This document shows, piece by piece, positions 38,230-50,556 of a stretch of DNA of 64,000 nucleotides (positions are counted from its first letter, which is position 1; each line of letters begins with the position of its first letter). The DNA lies in contig JBHGNT010000008.1 in the NCBI GenBank assembly GCA_043228905.1, positions 9,114,001-9,178,000 of the forward strand, written 5' to 3'. The notes under the pieces are model-generated. The model had not been told where the DNA came from. It saw only the letters and a list, made by a program, of their open reading frames with translations, and made no database searches. This DNA comes from Azolla caroliniana. Taxonomy: Eukaryota; Plantae; Polypodiophyta. Position numbers and translations under genes: made by a program.

Positions 38230-41200
38230 TATTAGAAATATTGAGAATCGAGTAGATAGGTATATAGAGTTACAACTGCAGAGATGGATATATGAAAACA
38301 GAATTTCTATTACATATGAGAGTAGTTCAAAATGGTAGTTTTCCCATGCGCTCACACCTTAGAGCTTAGATAGGATGTGGACCGGCTCACTACAAAATTA
38401 GTGGGGACTAATGATCAATCTGACCACTGTGTGAGAAAAGTGACTTATAATCTATGTTTGGTCTTAGTATAAATGTGCAAGTCAGTTGACAGTAGTGGAG
38501 ATATTCCTTTTCTGTCAACTGACTTGTCATTTAATATGACCCAACTCCCTAGGTACAGGCTAGTGCTAGATAATACTTATCTTGAAGTCAATGACGCATA
38601 CTTCAAGACTAAGTACATCGTAACTTGCCCACAAAATATTCTAGCTGACTTGATTAGCCAATCCTTTTATCTATTTCTCTCTTTCCTAAATATATTGTGT
38701 CCTACGCATCTACGGTTTCCTAGATTAACACCTTATCGACCCATATGGTCGAGTTGCACACTAGCCGCTCCTCATTTGGGGCGCTATCACAAAATGTGCA
38801 CTCTAAGAGCACATATGGGGATAGATTAACAACTTGGGGCTGATCATTGATTATATCTAACACGCCCCCTCAATGATCAACCCATTGAGTTCACTTGGAA
38901 TTGGGCCAACACCTAGTCGTCGAAGGTGTTGTTGCAACTGTTCTGCTCCAAGCGCCTTTGTGAAGATATCTGCAGCATTTTCTGATGTTGGACAGTACTC
39001 AAGCTCCACAATCTCATCATTTATTAGCTCCCGCACATAGTGATACTGAATCTCTATGTGTTTAGTACGTGCATGAAATACGGGGTTCTTGGCAATGGCC
39101 ATGCAACTCTGATTGTCACACCTCAATACCGTTGCCGTCCTTATTGGGACTGCCACATCCATAAGGATTCTTCTTAGCCAAACTACCTCGCATGCCGCTA
39201 TGCATGCTGCTTTGTATTCTGCCTCCGTTGAAGATAGTGCCACTGTTGGTTGTTTTTTACTACTCCATGAAACAGCTCCAGATCCTATTGAAAAACAATA
39301 TCCAGAAACTGATTTTCTGGAATCACTATCTCCAGCCCAATCGGAGTCGCAATATCCACTAAGTTGGTCAATTGTTGGCTTGTAGAAGATTCCATAATTT
39401 AAAGTACCCACAATGTACTTTAATACACGTAGAGCAGCTTTCCAATGAGTCTCCTTCGGCTTGTTGCTGAATCGACTCACCACATTGACTGCAAAACAAA
39501 TATCCGGCCTAGTGTTGCATAGGAAAATTAGACTTCCTACTAGTTGTCTATACTTCCTTATGTCAACCATTGGTGATGAGTCTTCTTGGGATAGCTTGCA
39601 GTTTGACTCCATTGGAGTCGACTTCGACTTGCTGTCCATCATCCCGAAGGTCTTCAAGATCTCTGTTGCATACTTTCTTTGTGACATGAAGATGCCGACC
39701 GAGGTTTGCCAAACCTCAATTCCAAGGAAGTAGTGTAGAATCCCCAAGTCTGTCATTTCAAACTCAGTTTTCAAACACTCTTGTGTTTGGCCAATGCACT
39801 CTTCATGGTCACCAGTAAGTACTAGATCATCCACGTAAATGATAATGATGACTTTTTTCCCGTCCTTCATTTTGACATACATACTTGCATCCGAAGCACA
39901 TTGCTTAAAGTCGATTGATCGTAAGAAGCTGTCTATCCTCTTGTTCCAAGCTCTTGGTGCTTGCTTTAGACCATATAGTGCCTTCTTCAGCTTGCAAACT
40001 TTGTTTTCTGAATTCGGTATCTCAAACCCCGGTGGTTGTGTCACATATACCTCCTCCTTGAGATGCCCATTCAGAAATGTTGATTTGACATCCATTTGAT
40101 AAATCGGCCATCCTCTTGAAGCAGCCAACGCTATGACCATTCGAATTGTTGTCATGCGAGCTGTCGGGGCAAATGTTTCTTGTACATCGAACCCTTCAAT
40201 TTGGGAGTATCCTTGCGCTACTAGCCTGGCCTTGAATTTCTCCAAAGAGCCATCAGCTTTATACTTTACTTTCCATACCCACTTCGTGCCTATCACCTTC
40301 TTCTTTGTTGGCCTCTCTACCAACTCCCATGTGTCATTTTTCATGATGCTATCATATTCTGATATCATCGCCTCTTTCCACTTCGGGTCGGCCATAGCTT
40401 CCTCCACCGAGGTCGGCTCACTCACTGAGCCTATGATGTCCACCATCAGAGCCATGTTGACAATGTGGTCAGAGGTTCTTCCTTGCTCCTGTATTCTTCT
40501 TGATCTTCGTAATCCATCAGTTGAAGTTTCAGGAAACTCAACTTTAGGAGTATGATCATTGAAGAGTTGTTGAGCCCACTTAGGTATTTTCTTTACATGT
40601 GGGACTGGCATAGGCTGAACTAGTGAACCATTACCATCAGATGGTTCAACTTCCTTTTTTGGATAATGGGTCGGGATTGGGTAAAATACTTCTTCAGTTG
40701 ATGAGATAACTTGAGAATCGTTGTTCTCAGCTAGCTGTGGTTGTTCCTCATCGAACACCACATCGCGGCTTGTCAATATCTTTCTTGCCTCTGGATCGTA
40801 GAGTCGATAGGCCTTTGACTCTTCACTATATCCGAGAAAGATACACTTTTTGCTTTTAGCATCCAACTTCTTTCTGCTCACATCTGGAATATGTGCGTAG
40901 CACATACACCCAAAGGTTCTGAAGTGCAGCACTGAAGGTTTCTTGCCTGAATAAGCTTCTTGGGGTGTTTTCCCTTGAAGTGCCTTCGTGTAGCTCCGAT
41001 TGAGGATGTAAACTGCTGTGTTCACTGCTTCAGCCCAGAATGGGTCGGGCAGCGCTTGTGCCTTCAACATACACCTAGCCATCTCGACAACTGTTCGATT
41101 TCGACGTTCGACAACGCCATTTTGTTGTGGGGTGTAGGCAGTTGTAAGTTGGCGCTTAATTCCATGCTCTTTGCAATACTCACAGAATTCTATTGATAAG

Positions 41201-43683
41201 AATTCTCCACCTCGATCAGAGCGTAGCTCCTTCACTAACTTTCCAGACTCTCGCTCGACAAACTTATGCCATCTTTTGAAGATTTTAAAAGCGTCAGCCT
41301 TCTCCCGAAGGAAGTAAACCCACATCTTTCTGCTGAAGTCGTCGACTATTAGCATATAGTAGAGAGATCCACCCATTGCAGGAGTCACCATTTTTCCAGA
41401 GAGGTCAATGTGTATTAGCTGTAGAGGAGTCTTTGCCCGATTTTGACTCTCTTTTGGAATGGCTGATCTTTGATGCTTGCCCATCATACAAGCATCACAA
41501 ACATGACTTAAGTCAGATAGGGTTGGCAACCCAACTACCATATTCGACTTCTTCATCTCCTTCAACACAGCAACGTTGAGATGCCCAAATCTCTCATGCC
41601 ATTGCTTTGTGTTGGTACTTGTGCTGTGGTCAGTAGAAATGGTAAACGCGCTCAGCTCATAGAGATTGTTGCGCCTCACCCCTATTCCTACAACCTTGCC
41701 AGCAGAATCTGTTATTTCTGCACCCGACTTCTTGAATCGAACATCAAGACCCTTGTCAGTCAGTGCAGAAATGGACAGTAGATTCTTCTTCAGATCTGGC
41801 ACGTACAACACTTGAGAGAGATGCTTTGTCCCACCGGTCGTTGCTTTGAGGGAGACGGTTCCGGTTCCTTTGGCCGGACATCGAGCATTGTTCCCGACCA
41901 CAACATTGATGGGCTCTTGTAGAGGTGTCCAAGAACTGTACCAGTCACGATTACTGGTCATATGTCGGGATGCTCCACTATCGAGAATCCAAGACTCATC
42001 AACAACTTGAGTGTCAACTGAAGAACACACTTCTTCAGTTGCGACCCATAACTCAAGTTCATCTACGACATTGTTAGCGGACTCGGGCTCTCTCCAAGAA
42101 GTCTTATTAGAACCATTCTTCTCATCCGCCATCTTCTTTCGACAATCCTTGATTGTGTGACCCTTCTTGTCACAGTAGAAACACGATCCATTGAACTTCT
42201 TCTTCTTCGGTATCCTATTCGCATTGTTTGAATTGGATGCCCCTTCACCCTTAGTCCTAGAGACAAATGCTGAATCTTCCCTTTCTTCTCTTGTCTTTAG
42301 CCGAAGCTCCTCTTCAAGCAGCATTGCACTTAGTTCATCAAATTTTAAAGGAGTGGGTCGAACCTGAGTGTTCAATGCTGTCACAATGCCATCATACTTG
42401 AAAGGAAGTACTCGAATGCACCGACGAGCCATATCCTCTTGAGAGACGACTACTCCAACAGCCGCCAGCTGATCTTGAAGATCCTTAATCCTTTTTACAA
42501 AGGATTCTACTTTCTCTCCATCAGTGAGCTTCTCTGCAGCAAGCTGATTTTCGAGGTTTTGTATCCTTGTATAGTTTCTGGTCTCATACTGGCTGGCCAA
42601 TATGCTCCAAGCTTCATGTGCCCTAGTTGTATGTTGCACTAGTGTTAGTACGGAGTCACATACACCAGTGACTATGGTACATAGCGCATCAGCATTCCTT
42701 CTCTTCCAGGCTCGAAGTAGATCAGCATTTGGAGGAATTGATGTGGTAGGGTGTGCAGGGTCAAAGGTTGCCATGGGCTCAGGGTCTCCCCTTGTGGGTC
42801 CCATGATTGTTTCCAACAACTCGTAGGAATCCAAAATGGCAGACATTTTGAACTTCCATAGAGTGTAGTTGGTTCCATCTAGCTTTCCATCAGACAATGG
42901 AGGTGGGCGAATGCGCAATGGAGCAGCTGCAACATTCGTGGACAAGGCCATTGATACTCTGTCTCTCTCTCTCTCTCTATTTCTCTCTGTTGCTAGACAG
43001 CAACTACCCGTATATACCTAATCTAGATCAACCTCTTCGCTCTGATACCATATTAGAAATATTGAGAATCGAGTAGATAGGTATATAGAGTTACAACTGC
43101 AGAGATGGATATATGAAAACAGAATTTCTATTACATATGAGAGTAGTTCAAAATGGTAGTTTTCCCATGCGCTCACACCTTAGAGCTTAGATAGGATGTG
43201 GACCGGCTCACTACAAAATTAGTGGGGACTAATGATCAATCTGACCACTGTGTGAGAAAAGTGACTTATAATCTATGTTTGGTCTTAGTATAAATGTGCA
43301 AGTCAGTTGACAGTAGTGGAGATATTCCTTTTCTGTCAACTGACTTGTCATTTAATATGACCCAACTCCCTAGGTACAGGCTAGTGCTAGATAATACTTA
43401 TCTTGAAGTCAATGACGCATACTTCAAGACTAAGTACATCGTAACTTGCCCACAAAATATTCTAGCTGACTTGATTAGCCAATCCTTTTATCTATTTCTC
43501 TCTTTCCTAAATATATTGTGTCCTACGCATCTACGGTTTCCTAGATTAACACCTTATCGACCCATATGGTCGAGTTGCACACTAGCCGCTCCTAATTTGG
43601 GGCGCTATCACAAAATGTGCACTCTAAGAGCACATATGGGGATAGATTAACAACTTGGGGCTGATCATTGATTATATCTAACA
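38230..43683 (-). mobile_element. Intact, very young Ty1/copia element; 633-bp LTRs 43051-43683 and 38230-38862
   Basis: TSD TTTAG (38225-38229, 43684-43688). PBS TGGTATCAGAGC at 43039-43050; PPT GAGGGGGCG. I see only one difference between the LTRs. Confidence 0.98.
38857..42951 (-). CDS. Copia Gag-Pol polyprotein, 1364 aa, uninterrupted
   Basis: [14 protein letters not shown] zinc knuckle, WILDSGAS protease, WHERFGH...CDAC plus D-D-E integrase, IYVDDL RT and YCDSDWAG RNase H. Confidence 0.97.
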   Translation of the reverse strand: MALSTNVAAAPLRIRPPPLSDGKLDGTNYTLWKFKMSAILDSYELLETIMGPTRGDPEPMATFDPAHPTTSIPPNADLLRAWKRRNADALCTIVTGVCDSVLTLVQHTTRAHEAWSILASQYETRNYTRIQNLENQLAAEKLTDGEKVESFVKRIKDLQDQLAAVGVVVSQEDMARRCIRVLPFKYDGIVTALNTQVRPTPLKFDELSAMLLEEELRLKTREEREDSAFVSRTKGEGASNSNNANRIPKKKKFNGSCFYCDKKGHTIKDCRKKMADEKNGSNKTSWREPESANNVVDELELWVATEEVCSSVDTQVVDESWILDSGASRHMTSNRDWYSSWTPLQEPINVVVGNNARCPAKGTGTVSLKATTGGTKHLSQVLYVPDLKKNLLSISALTDKGLDVRFKKSGAEITDSAGKVVGIGVRRNNLYELSAFTISTDHSTSTNTKQWHERFGHLNVAVLKEMKKSNMVVGLPTLSDLSHVCDACMMGKHQRSAIPKESQNRAKTPLQLIHIDLSGKMVTPAMGGSLYYMLIVDDFSRKMWVYFLREKADAFKIFKRWHKFVERESGKLVKELRSDRGGEFLSIEFCEYCKEHGIKRQLTTAYTPQQNGVVERRNRTVVEMARCMLKAQALPDPFWAEAVNTAVYILNRSYTKALQGKTPQEAYSGKKPSVLHFRTFGCMCYAHIPDVSRKKLDAKSKKCIFLGYSEESKAYRLYDPEARKILTSRDVVFDEEQPQLAENNDSQVISSTEEVFYPIPTHYPKKEVEPSDGNGSLVQPMPVPHVKKIPKWAQQLFNDHTPKVEFPETSTDGLRRSRRIQEQGRTSDHIVNMALMVDIIGSVSEPTSVEEAMADPKWKEAMISEYDSIMKNDTWELVERPTKKKVIGTKWVWKVKYKADGSLEKFKARLVAQGYSQIEGFDVQETFAPTARMTTIRMVIALAASRGWPIYQMDVKSTFLNGHLKEEVYVTQPPGFEIPNSENKVCKLKKALYGLKQAPRAWNKRIDSFLRSIDFKQCASDASMYVKMKDGKKVIIIIYVDDLVLTGDHEECIGQTQECLKTEFEMTDLGILHYFLGIEVWQTSVGIFMSQRKYATEILKTFGMMDSKSKSTPMESNCKLSQEDSSPMVDIRKYRQLVGSLIFLCNTRPDICFAVNVVSRFSNKPKETHWKAALRVLKYIVGTLNYGIFYKPTIDQLSGYCDSDWAGDSDSRKSVSGYCFSIGSGAVSWSSKKQPTVALSSTEAEYKAACIAACEVVWLRRILMDVAVPIRTATVLRCDNQSCMAIAKNPVFHARTKHIEIQYHYVRELINDEIVELEYCPTSENAADIFTKALGAEQLQQHLRRLGVGPIPSELNGLIIEGAC

Positions 43684-46600
43684 TTTAGTTGAGGTGTCAA
43701 CGAAGCCATGGTCAATTCACGGATGTATTCTGCTGATCTGGAATGGAGAATAAGGAAATCCATGGGAAGAGATGGATCCTTGGGGACTTCAACATTGGAA
43801 AGCCCCTGGGCAGAAGGAAATAATGACATGTTTACCTGCAAGAGAGAAGAAGAGAAAGTGTGTGGTAGCGTTGAAGGTGCTATTGAAGAAACAGCTACAA
43901 CAGTCACAGGTGGAGCATCAGTTGAGAAGGAAGATAGTGGAGCATATGAGGGTGTGAGGACATCTGGAGCTTAGGAGTGCTCTGTTATGAATTCCTCTTT
44001 GGTGCTCCACCATGCCAAGTAGTTCTTCTGGCACAACCTGACGATCCTATGGCATGGAATAACCTTGGGGAATGCAGCATTATCAGCAACATCGCTCGAT
44101 GATTGCAACACAAGGGGAAATGATATCCTTGCCTCCGCCACCGCCGCCATCGATGCCGCCGCCGCAATCTGCTAGAAGTGAAAGGCGAGAATATGAATGG
44201 AAGCAAGAAGAGAGGGGGCATTCAAAAAATATAAGGGCAGATGAGATGAAATTTCAAAAGCTCAAGGGCATGACATGAGATTTCAAAATTTGGAGGGCAG
44301 AATGCAGAATTTCAAAAACACAAGGGCTAAAAATAAAATTTCAAAAAATTTGAGGGTAAAAATTTTAAAGACAAAAGGGTAAAAAATATAAAACTCACTT
44401 CACATGATGAAAGAAAGAATACACAAATGCACAACACGATTTCACGACCCATGCCACATTGAACTAGCCGATTGGTGTATGATCCAATCGCGACTTGTGC
44501 TGACCAGACGAGAAGGTTCAAGTCAAGCAAAGCTCCGATCGAAGTTATCGATCGTAGAGCAGTGATCCGGTCGAGGGATTTCCGACCGTTGAGACGACCG
44601 ATGGAGTTCCAGTCGAGAAGAGTTGCCATGACGAGTGCAATGCACTGTCCCACAGGCGTGCCATGTGTTACCCGTAAGAATGTACGGGGAGGCATAAGGG
44701 TATGTGTAATGATGTATATGTGTAAAGTAAATGAGTGTGTGAGGATGAGTATGTGTGAGCACATGCACAATTATGTGCATGTGACAAGAGTGTAACGGTC
44801 GTCTCTCTTGTAACGGTCATTATTTACCGATACATTATGTATTATATAAACCCCTTATGGGGCATCTAATGGATATACATTTTCCCCCTCACATTTCTTG
44901 TGTCAATTCTTATTTTCACTCTCCTTCTTTCTCTCTCTCACGTAAACCCCTTGGGAGGGGGGTGGAGCCATTCGAGGCTTCACCCCCCACCCGACAACAC
45001 GTAGTAGATTTGACATTTCTTTTAGCTTTTCATGAACTCCGCTACATCCTTGTACATACCCATCCTCCAGTACTTTTGCTTGATCTTTGTGAATATCCCC
45101 CACGTACCCCGATGTCTAGCCCAATCATAGTTGTGACATTCAGACATTATCCGTTTTTGTTGCTCTGTTGTACCGACTACCCATAGTGGTATACCATCTG
45201 GTCTTTTCGGCTCCCTCCAGATTAATCCATTGTCCAAGAAGAACTTCTAGACTTGTCACTTCTTCCTTCAGGTCTCGACTCTCTTTTCCTTATTGTCTGA
45301 TGATTCCTTGATCTCTTGTAGTGCTTTCCTGATCAACAACCTTTCTCCTTGGTATTCGTCTTCCTGGAATTCCCGGATTATGTTCACCCAACATACGTGC
45401 TCTGAAGTAAAGTAGTCTTTCGGAACTTCTTCATTATCTAATTCCACTACATCATCTCCGAACTGTGACCTTGATTGCATATCTGCTACCGCGTTGTCTT
45501 TCCCCAAGATGTGTCGTACTTTTGTATTGGAAGATTTCACATACGTTGTCAACCTTAGCATTGCTATGTCCGACACCAAACAACATCGCATCATTCCGAG
45601 TATTAGGAGACAATCCGTTTCGATCACTACATCCGCTCTTATCAAGTATTGCAATGCGACTTAATCGCCGATACTACTCCCCATAGCTCTCGTTTGACTT
45701 GCGCATATCCGCATTGCCTTTCGTTGAGAACCTTTGCTCCGAATCGGATCGGATAACGTGAACCATCCGTATCGGCTTGGTTGATGACCCATCCGATCTT
45801 GGTTGGACTTGTATCAACTATCACTATGATCGGTCGTCATAGTCCGGCTTCTTAAGTACTTCTACCCTCCGTAATGCCTTCTTGACCTTCTTTATGGCTT
45901 TGGTGTGCTCTGGTCTCCAATCAAACATTTTGCCTTCCACAAGTGTTAGAGTAGGTTTGCAATGTGTGCATAGTGCAGAATCCATATGTGATAGAATGCA
46001 CATGCTCCAAGAATCCTCTGTACTTCGGGTTGCAAATCACACACTTCTTTCATAGTTTTAATTGCATCGATCTTGGCTGGCGACGGTCTTCGGCCGTAGG
46101 GCCCGCATAGGTGTCCAACAACAAGTATCCCCTTGTAGAAAATAAGATGCGGAAATGTTGAGAGACAAGCTCAACATGGGTCGAATCGGTTGAAGAAGTT
46201 GAGAGCCGAGAGCCAAATCGAATAGAGTACGATTCGGGTGTGCCAAGTCGGAGGGTATCCGATAGGCCGTTAGGAACGCATATTGTTATTATAGTAAATA
46301 GGAATATTATAAGCAGAATTAGTGTCATGATCATTTATGAGCATTCAAGTACTGACAGTACTTGTGTCAACCCACTCGTCAGGGCTTGTATATAAAGTGC
46401 ACTCTGAGAATTTTTGTATGTATTGAGTCTTTTTGTAATCGAAATATTGTTGTCTGCTCTATTCAGTCTCTCCCTCTCTGTGTAACTTTACCTAATTGTT
46501 GTATTTCCGAGTTTTTGAATAACCGACTATGTACTTGCTGTCTTCCGCACACGTAACTCTTTTCATGGTATTAGAGTGTGAGGGTTGAGATTCCTTTGCA

Positions 46601-48715
46601 ACTGACAGAAAGCAAGCGAACAAGAGAGAGATCAGTTTTTTCGTTTTCGAAAAAAGAAAAGGCAAGAACATGGACAGACGAATGGGAAGCTCACTTCCGA
46701 CATAGAAGCTCGACTTCCCGGAATTCCCAGATTATATTCACCCGGCATACATGCTCTAAAGTAATGTACTCTTTGGGAACTTCTTCATTATCCGATTCCA
46801 CTACGTCGTCTCCAAATCGTGCCCTTGATAGCATATTTGCTATCGCATTGTCTTTCCCCAAGTTGTGTCGTACTTCTAGATTGGAAGATTTCACATACGT
46901 TGTCAACCTTAGCATTGCTATGTCCGACACCAAACAACATCGCATCATTCCGAGTATTAGAAGAAAATCCATTTCGATCACTACATCCGCTCTTATCAAG
47001 TATTGTGATGCGACTTAATCGCCGATACTACTCCCCATAGCTCTCACTTGATTTGCACATATCTGCATTGCCTTTCGTTGAGAACCTTTGCTTTGAATCG
47101 GATCGGATAACGTGAACCATCCGTATCGGCGGTATAGCGTGAGAGAGAGAAATGTGAGCCGTGCCATATCTGTGTGTGTAACAGCAGACGCGAAGAGCCC
47201 TGTGCGGCTGATACACTCAACACAGTGTTGTAATCATCTCTGTATTGTATATCCACTATACTATAGTGAAGAATCTATTCACCCGTGGTTTTTTCCCGTT
47301 TTAGGGTTTCCACGTAAATCTCTTTGTACTTTTGTTTATCTTGTCTTTTTGGCATTTTTTGTGATTCGTATTTCAGCACGTAGTTCATTTTCTGTGATCT
47401 ATTCCGCATCGATTTCTCATCAATAATTAGTGTCATGATCATTTATGAGCATTCAAGTACTGAAGGTACTTGTGTCAGCCCACTCATCAGGGCTTTGTAA
47501 TGTACTCTGAGCATAAAGTGCACTCTAAGCATTGTTGTATGTACTGAGTCTTTTTGTAATCGAAATATTGTTGCCTGCCCTGCTCAGTCTCTCCCTCTCT
47601 GTGTATCTTTACCTAATTGTTGTATTTCCGAGTTTCCGAATAACCAACTGTGTACTTGGTGTCTTCCGCACACGTAAGTATTTTCATGGTATCAGAGCGT
47701 GAGGGTTGAGACTCCTCTGCAGCCGACAGAAAGCAAGCAAACAAGACAGAGATAAGTTTTTTAGTTTTCGGAAAAAGAAAAGACAGAACATGGACAAACG
47801 AATGGGAAGCTCGCTTCCGACAAAGAAGCTCGATAGGAGCAACTACACATCTTTGTCTTACAAGATGCACCAGTACTTGCTCGGCCATGGTTACTGGAGT
47901 TATTTTGAAGGAGCTAATGATGTAGCACCAGAGTCGACACAAAGAGATTTCCTGGCATGGGAACAAGCTGAGAGCAGAGTTTTGTACTACTTCGCATCAT
48001 GTGTGAGTGATCAACTATTGAGCTATATCTGGGATGCCAAAACGTCGAAGGATGTTTGGGGAAATCTAAAGAAGATCTTCACAACGAGCACCACAGCCAG
48101 AAAGCTTCAACTCAGACAAGAGTTGAGCAATGTCCAACAAAGAGATATGTCAATGTTTGTTTACACCTCGAAGATCAAGGAGATCCGTGACTCCCTCGCA
48201 TTTGTCAACGTGAACATCGAGGAGGACAAAATGGTACAGGTTTGCTTTGGAGGGTTGGCGTCAAAGTTCGGAGCATTCCGAATGGCAGTCTGCACGAGGA
48301 TAATACGCCTTCGTTTTTAGAGCTTCAATCGATGTTGCTCGTAGAAGAAAACCACTCGGGTGTGTCGATGAGTATGCACACCGACAGGAAGATGTTGTAC
48401 ACGGAGGTGGATGGGGCCCGTGGTCGTGGTGGACGAGGCGGGTCAGCACACAATGGAGGTGGACGACAAGAGCAGAACCAGAGGCACAGAGGTGGTGCCG
48501 AGAGCAGTTCTGGACCGTCCACGAATAGGGGGAGTCAAGGCGGTGCCGGAAATCGGGAAGGGAAGGTCGTGGTCGACTGTTGGTATTGTGGCAAGAAAGG
48601 CCAAAAGGAGAGAGATTGCTAGAAGGAGTGCGCCAATTTGGATAAAGCCGGATGGAGCCGAGGCGACGCGGACATGCATCAGAGATCGCACTATGTTGAA
48701 GGCTCAGGACGCACC

Positions 48716-49578
48716 TGTTGGGAGACAGGTCCCTCCGGATGGGAAGGGAGAAGAATAGTGCCGATGAACAAACTCGGCCGAGGCCGAAACCGTATGAGGA
48801 GTACCCGGCTACGGAGAGCCGGATGATACAGACCCGGTGAAGACCGGATGAGGAGTACCCGGCTACGGAGAGCCGGATGATATAGACCCGGTGAAGACCG
48901 TATGAGTACCCGGCTACGGAGAGCCGGATGATACAGACCCGGTGAAGACCGGATGAGGAGTACCCGGTTACGGAGAGCCGGATGATACAGACCCGGTGAA
49001 GACCGGATGAGGAGTTCCCGGCTACGGATAGCCAGATGATACAGACCCGGTGAAGACCGGATGAGGAGTACCCGGTTACGGAGAACCGGATGGTACAGAC
49101 ACGGTGAGAACCGGACGAAGAGACATATTCGTAAATATGTTTCTGAGAGCCCATCGAGGCTATATTTGTAAATAGCCGAAAAGTCATATTAGTATAAATA
49201 TGACTTAGGGCAAACTTTTAGTAACTGTTGTTGTTGTTGTCAATTTTGTTTGTGCAAGAATTAGAGAGAGCGCGTAACTGTGTACAGAGAGAGAGAGAGA
49301 GAAAGAGGTCGTTGCCTCTGTTGTAACCGCCGCCTGTGGCGAAGATCTGTGAGCACGAGGTCGTTGCCTCAGTGAACTCACTATTGTACATTCTTACATA
49401 GTGACAGTTTGCAGCCTGTGGGCTGCCGTGGTTTTTCCCCTAGTTTGGGGTTTTCCACGTAAACCTCCTGTGTATCTTCCTCTTCTTTGTGTCGTGCATT
49501 TGTTTCCCGTTTTCTGTGTATGAAAAGAATCTCGGTTGTGGCCGAGCGTTGGACATAAGGAGCCTTGAGTTCCCGTCA
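48716..49578 (+). mobile_element. 863-bp solo LTR inserted between gag and protease
   Basis: TGTTGGGA...TCCCGTCA termini; exact TSD GCACC (48711-48715, 49579-49583). Confidence 0.85.
48794..49115. repeat. 54-bp CCGG-rich tandem repeat, about 6 copies, in the solo LTR
   Basis: Unit ATGAGGAGTACCCGGCTACGGAGAGCCGGATGATACAGACCCGGTGAAGACCGG; one copy has a 3-bp deletion. Confidence 0.95.
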
Positions 49579-50556
49579 GCACCCAACCTTTGTCATGAAG
49601 CACAAAGCTAACTCAATGGTGGTGAGCACATCAAGGTGAAACAAGGTGTGGTATTTGGATTCGTGTGCATCGAACCACATGAAAAACCACAAGGAGTGGT
49701 TCTCGACTCTAAAGAAGTTGGAGGAGCCGGGGGTTGTCGAAACTAGCGATGACACCTCTCACCCCATCGAACACATCGGAAATGTCCCTTTGAGCCATGT
49801 TGACCAGAAAGGGATAATGAGAAATGACTTGCATGTGCCGACAATCACCAAGAATTTGGTGTCGGTTGGACAGATAGTCAACCAGAGCATGCAAGTTCGA
49901 TTTACTCACCTCAGGTGCTTCATAGAGAACGAAGGCCAAATCATCACGCGAGGGCACCGAGAAGGGAGGATGTTAATCCTTGAAACGAATGACGTAGGCA
50001 CTGCTATGTTTGCCAAGGGGCAAAAAGTCGAATTAGATATCGACTTGTGGCACAAGCTGTCATGGCAAGACTCGAACCCATGACTTTATGCTACATGGGT
50101 CGAGCTCTTACCATTAGATTAGGAATTGTATTTTGTAGGATATTATTTTCATTTATACTTTATCATAGAAAATTGATGTATATTCCAGATCTCTCTGGAA
50201 CATTCTAGAAGCTTCAAGATTATTCCTAAAAACACTATAAAAGGAGGCACAAGGCATTGTTTTGAACCAAATTGGTTCAACGCCAGTCTTAAGCCTCTTA
50301 GCTGCTTGTACTTATCTTTTCACATAATATATTGTTGTTGTCATCATCTCTCTCATTCTCGCTATCTCTCTCTCTCTCCTCTTCTCACTTCCTCTCTCGG
50401 GAATCTTACGCAGTCCCGTCCTCTTAGTACTAATAGTACTGCTGTTCATAGTACTAATTCCATCTCTGTTTTAGTACTATTCCTGACAGTTTGAACCAAT
50501 TTTTCCTCTAGCCTACTTGTCACTCTCCCTCATCCTCCTACCCTTTTCCCTATACT

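Larger units (their letters stand above)
36622..44999. mobile_element. Non-autonomous LTR element (LARD/TRIM-like, about 2.9 kb without the nested copia) carrying host gene fragments; LTRs 36622-36957 and 44666-44999
   Basis: Direct repeats TGTTACCCG...CCGACAACA; TSD CGTAG (36617-36621, 45000-45004). No gag/pol inside. PBS-like TGGCACGCCTG occurs at both internal ends in inverted orientation. Confidence 0.9.
34630..46110 (-). mobile_element. Degenerate Ty3/gypsy (Tat/Athila-like) relic: RT-RNase H-integrase fragments at 45005-46110 and 36008-36621, PPT and 3' LTR start at 35035
   Basis: Peptides IVDTSPTKIGW, KRELWGV, GKDNAVAD, IMSECHN and NGTYQLCELDG. The integrase continues across the CGTAG TSD. 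GGAGGGGTGAG-TGTCA lies at 35046-35031 (minus). The left boundary is approximate. Confidence 0.7.

Noticed and set aside
38473-38829. 118-aa ORF duplicated at 43294-43650
   Set aside because: Lies antisense within the two near-identical LTRs, with no recognisable domain.
44590-44663. tRNA gene ending in CCA
   Set aside because: Only the last 17 nt are tRNA-like; there is no T-loop GTTCG or cloverleaf upstream.
48261-49187. 308-aa repeat ORF, or a CRISPR-like array
   Set aside because: Head-to-tail 54-bp units with no unique spacers and no cas genes. The ORF is the antisense reading of an LTR tandem repeat and crosses the insertion boundary.
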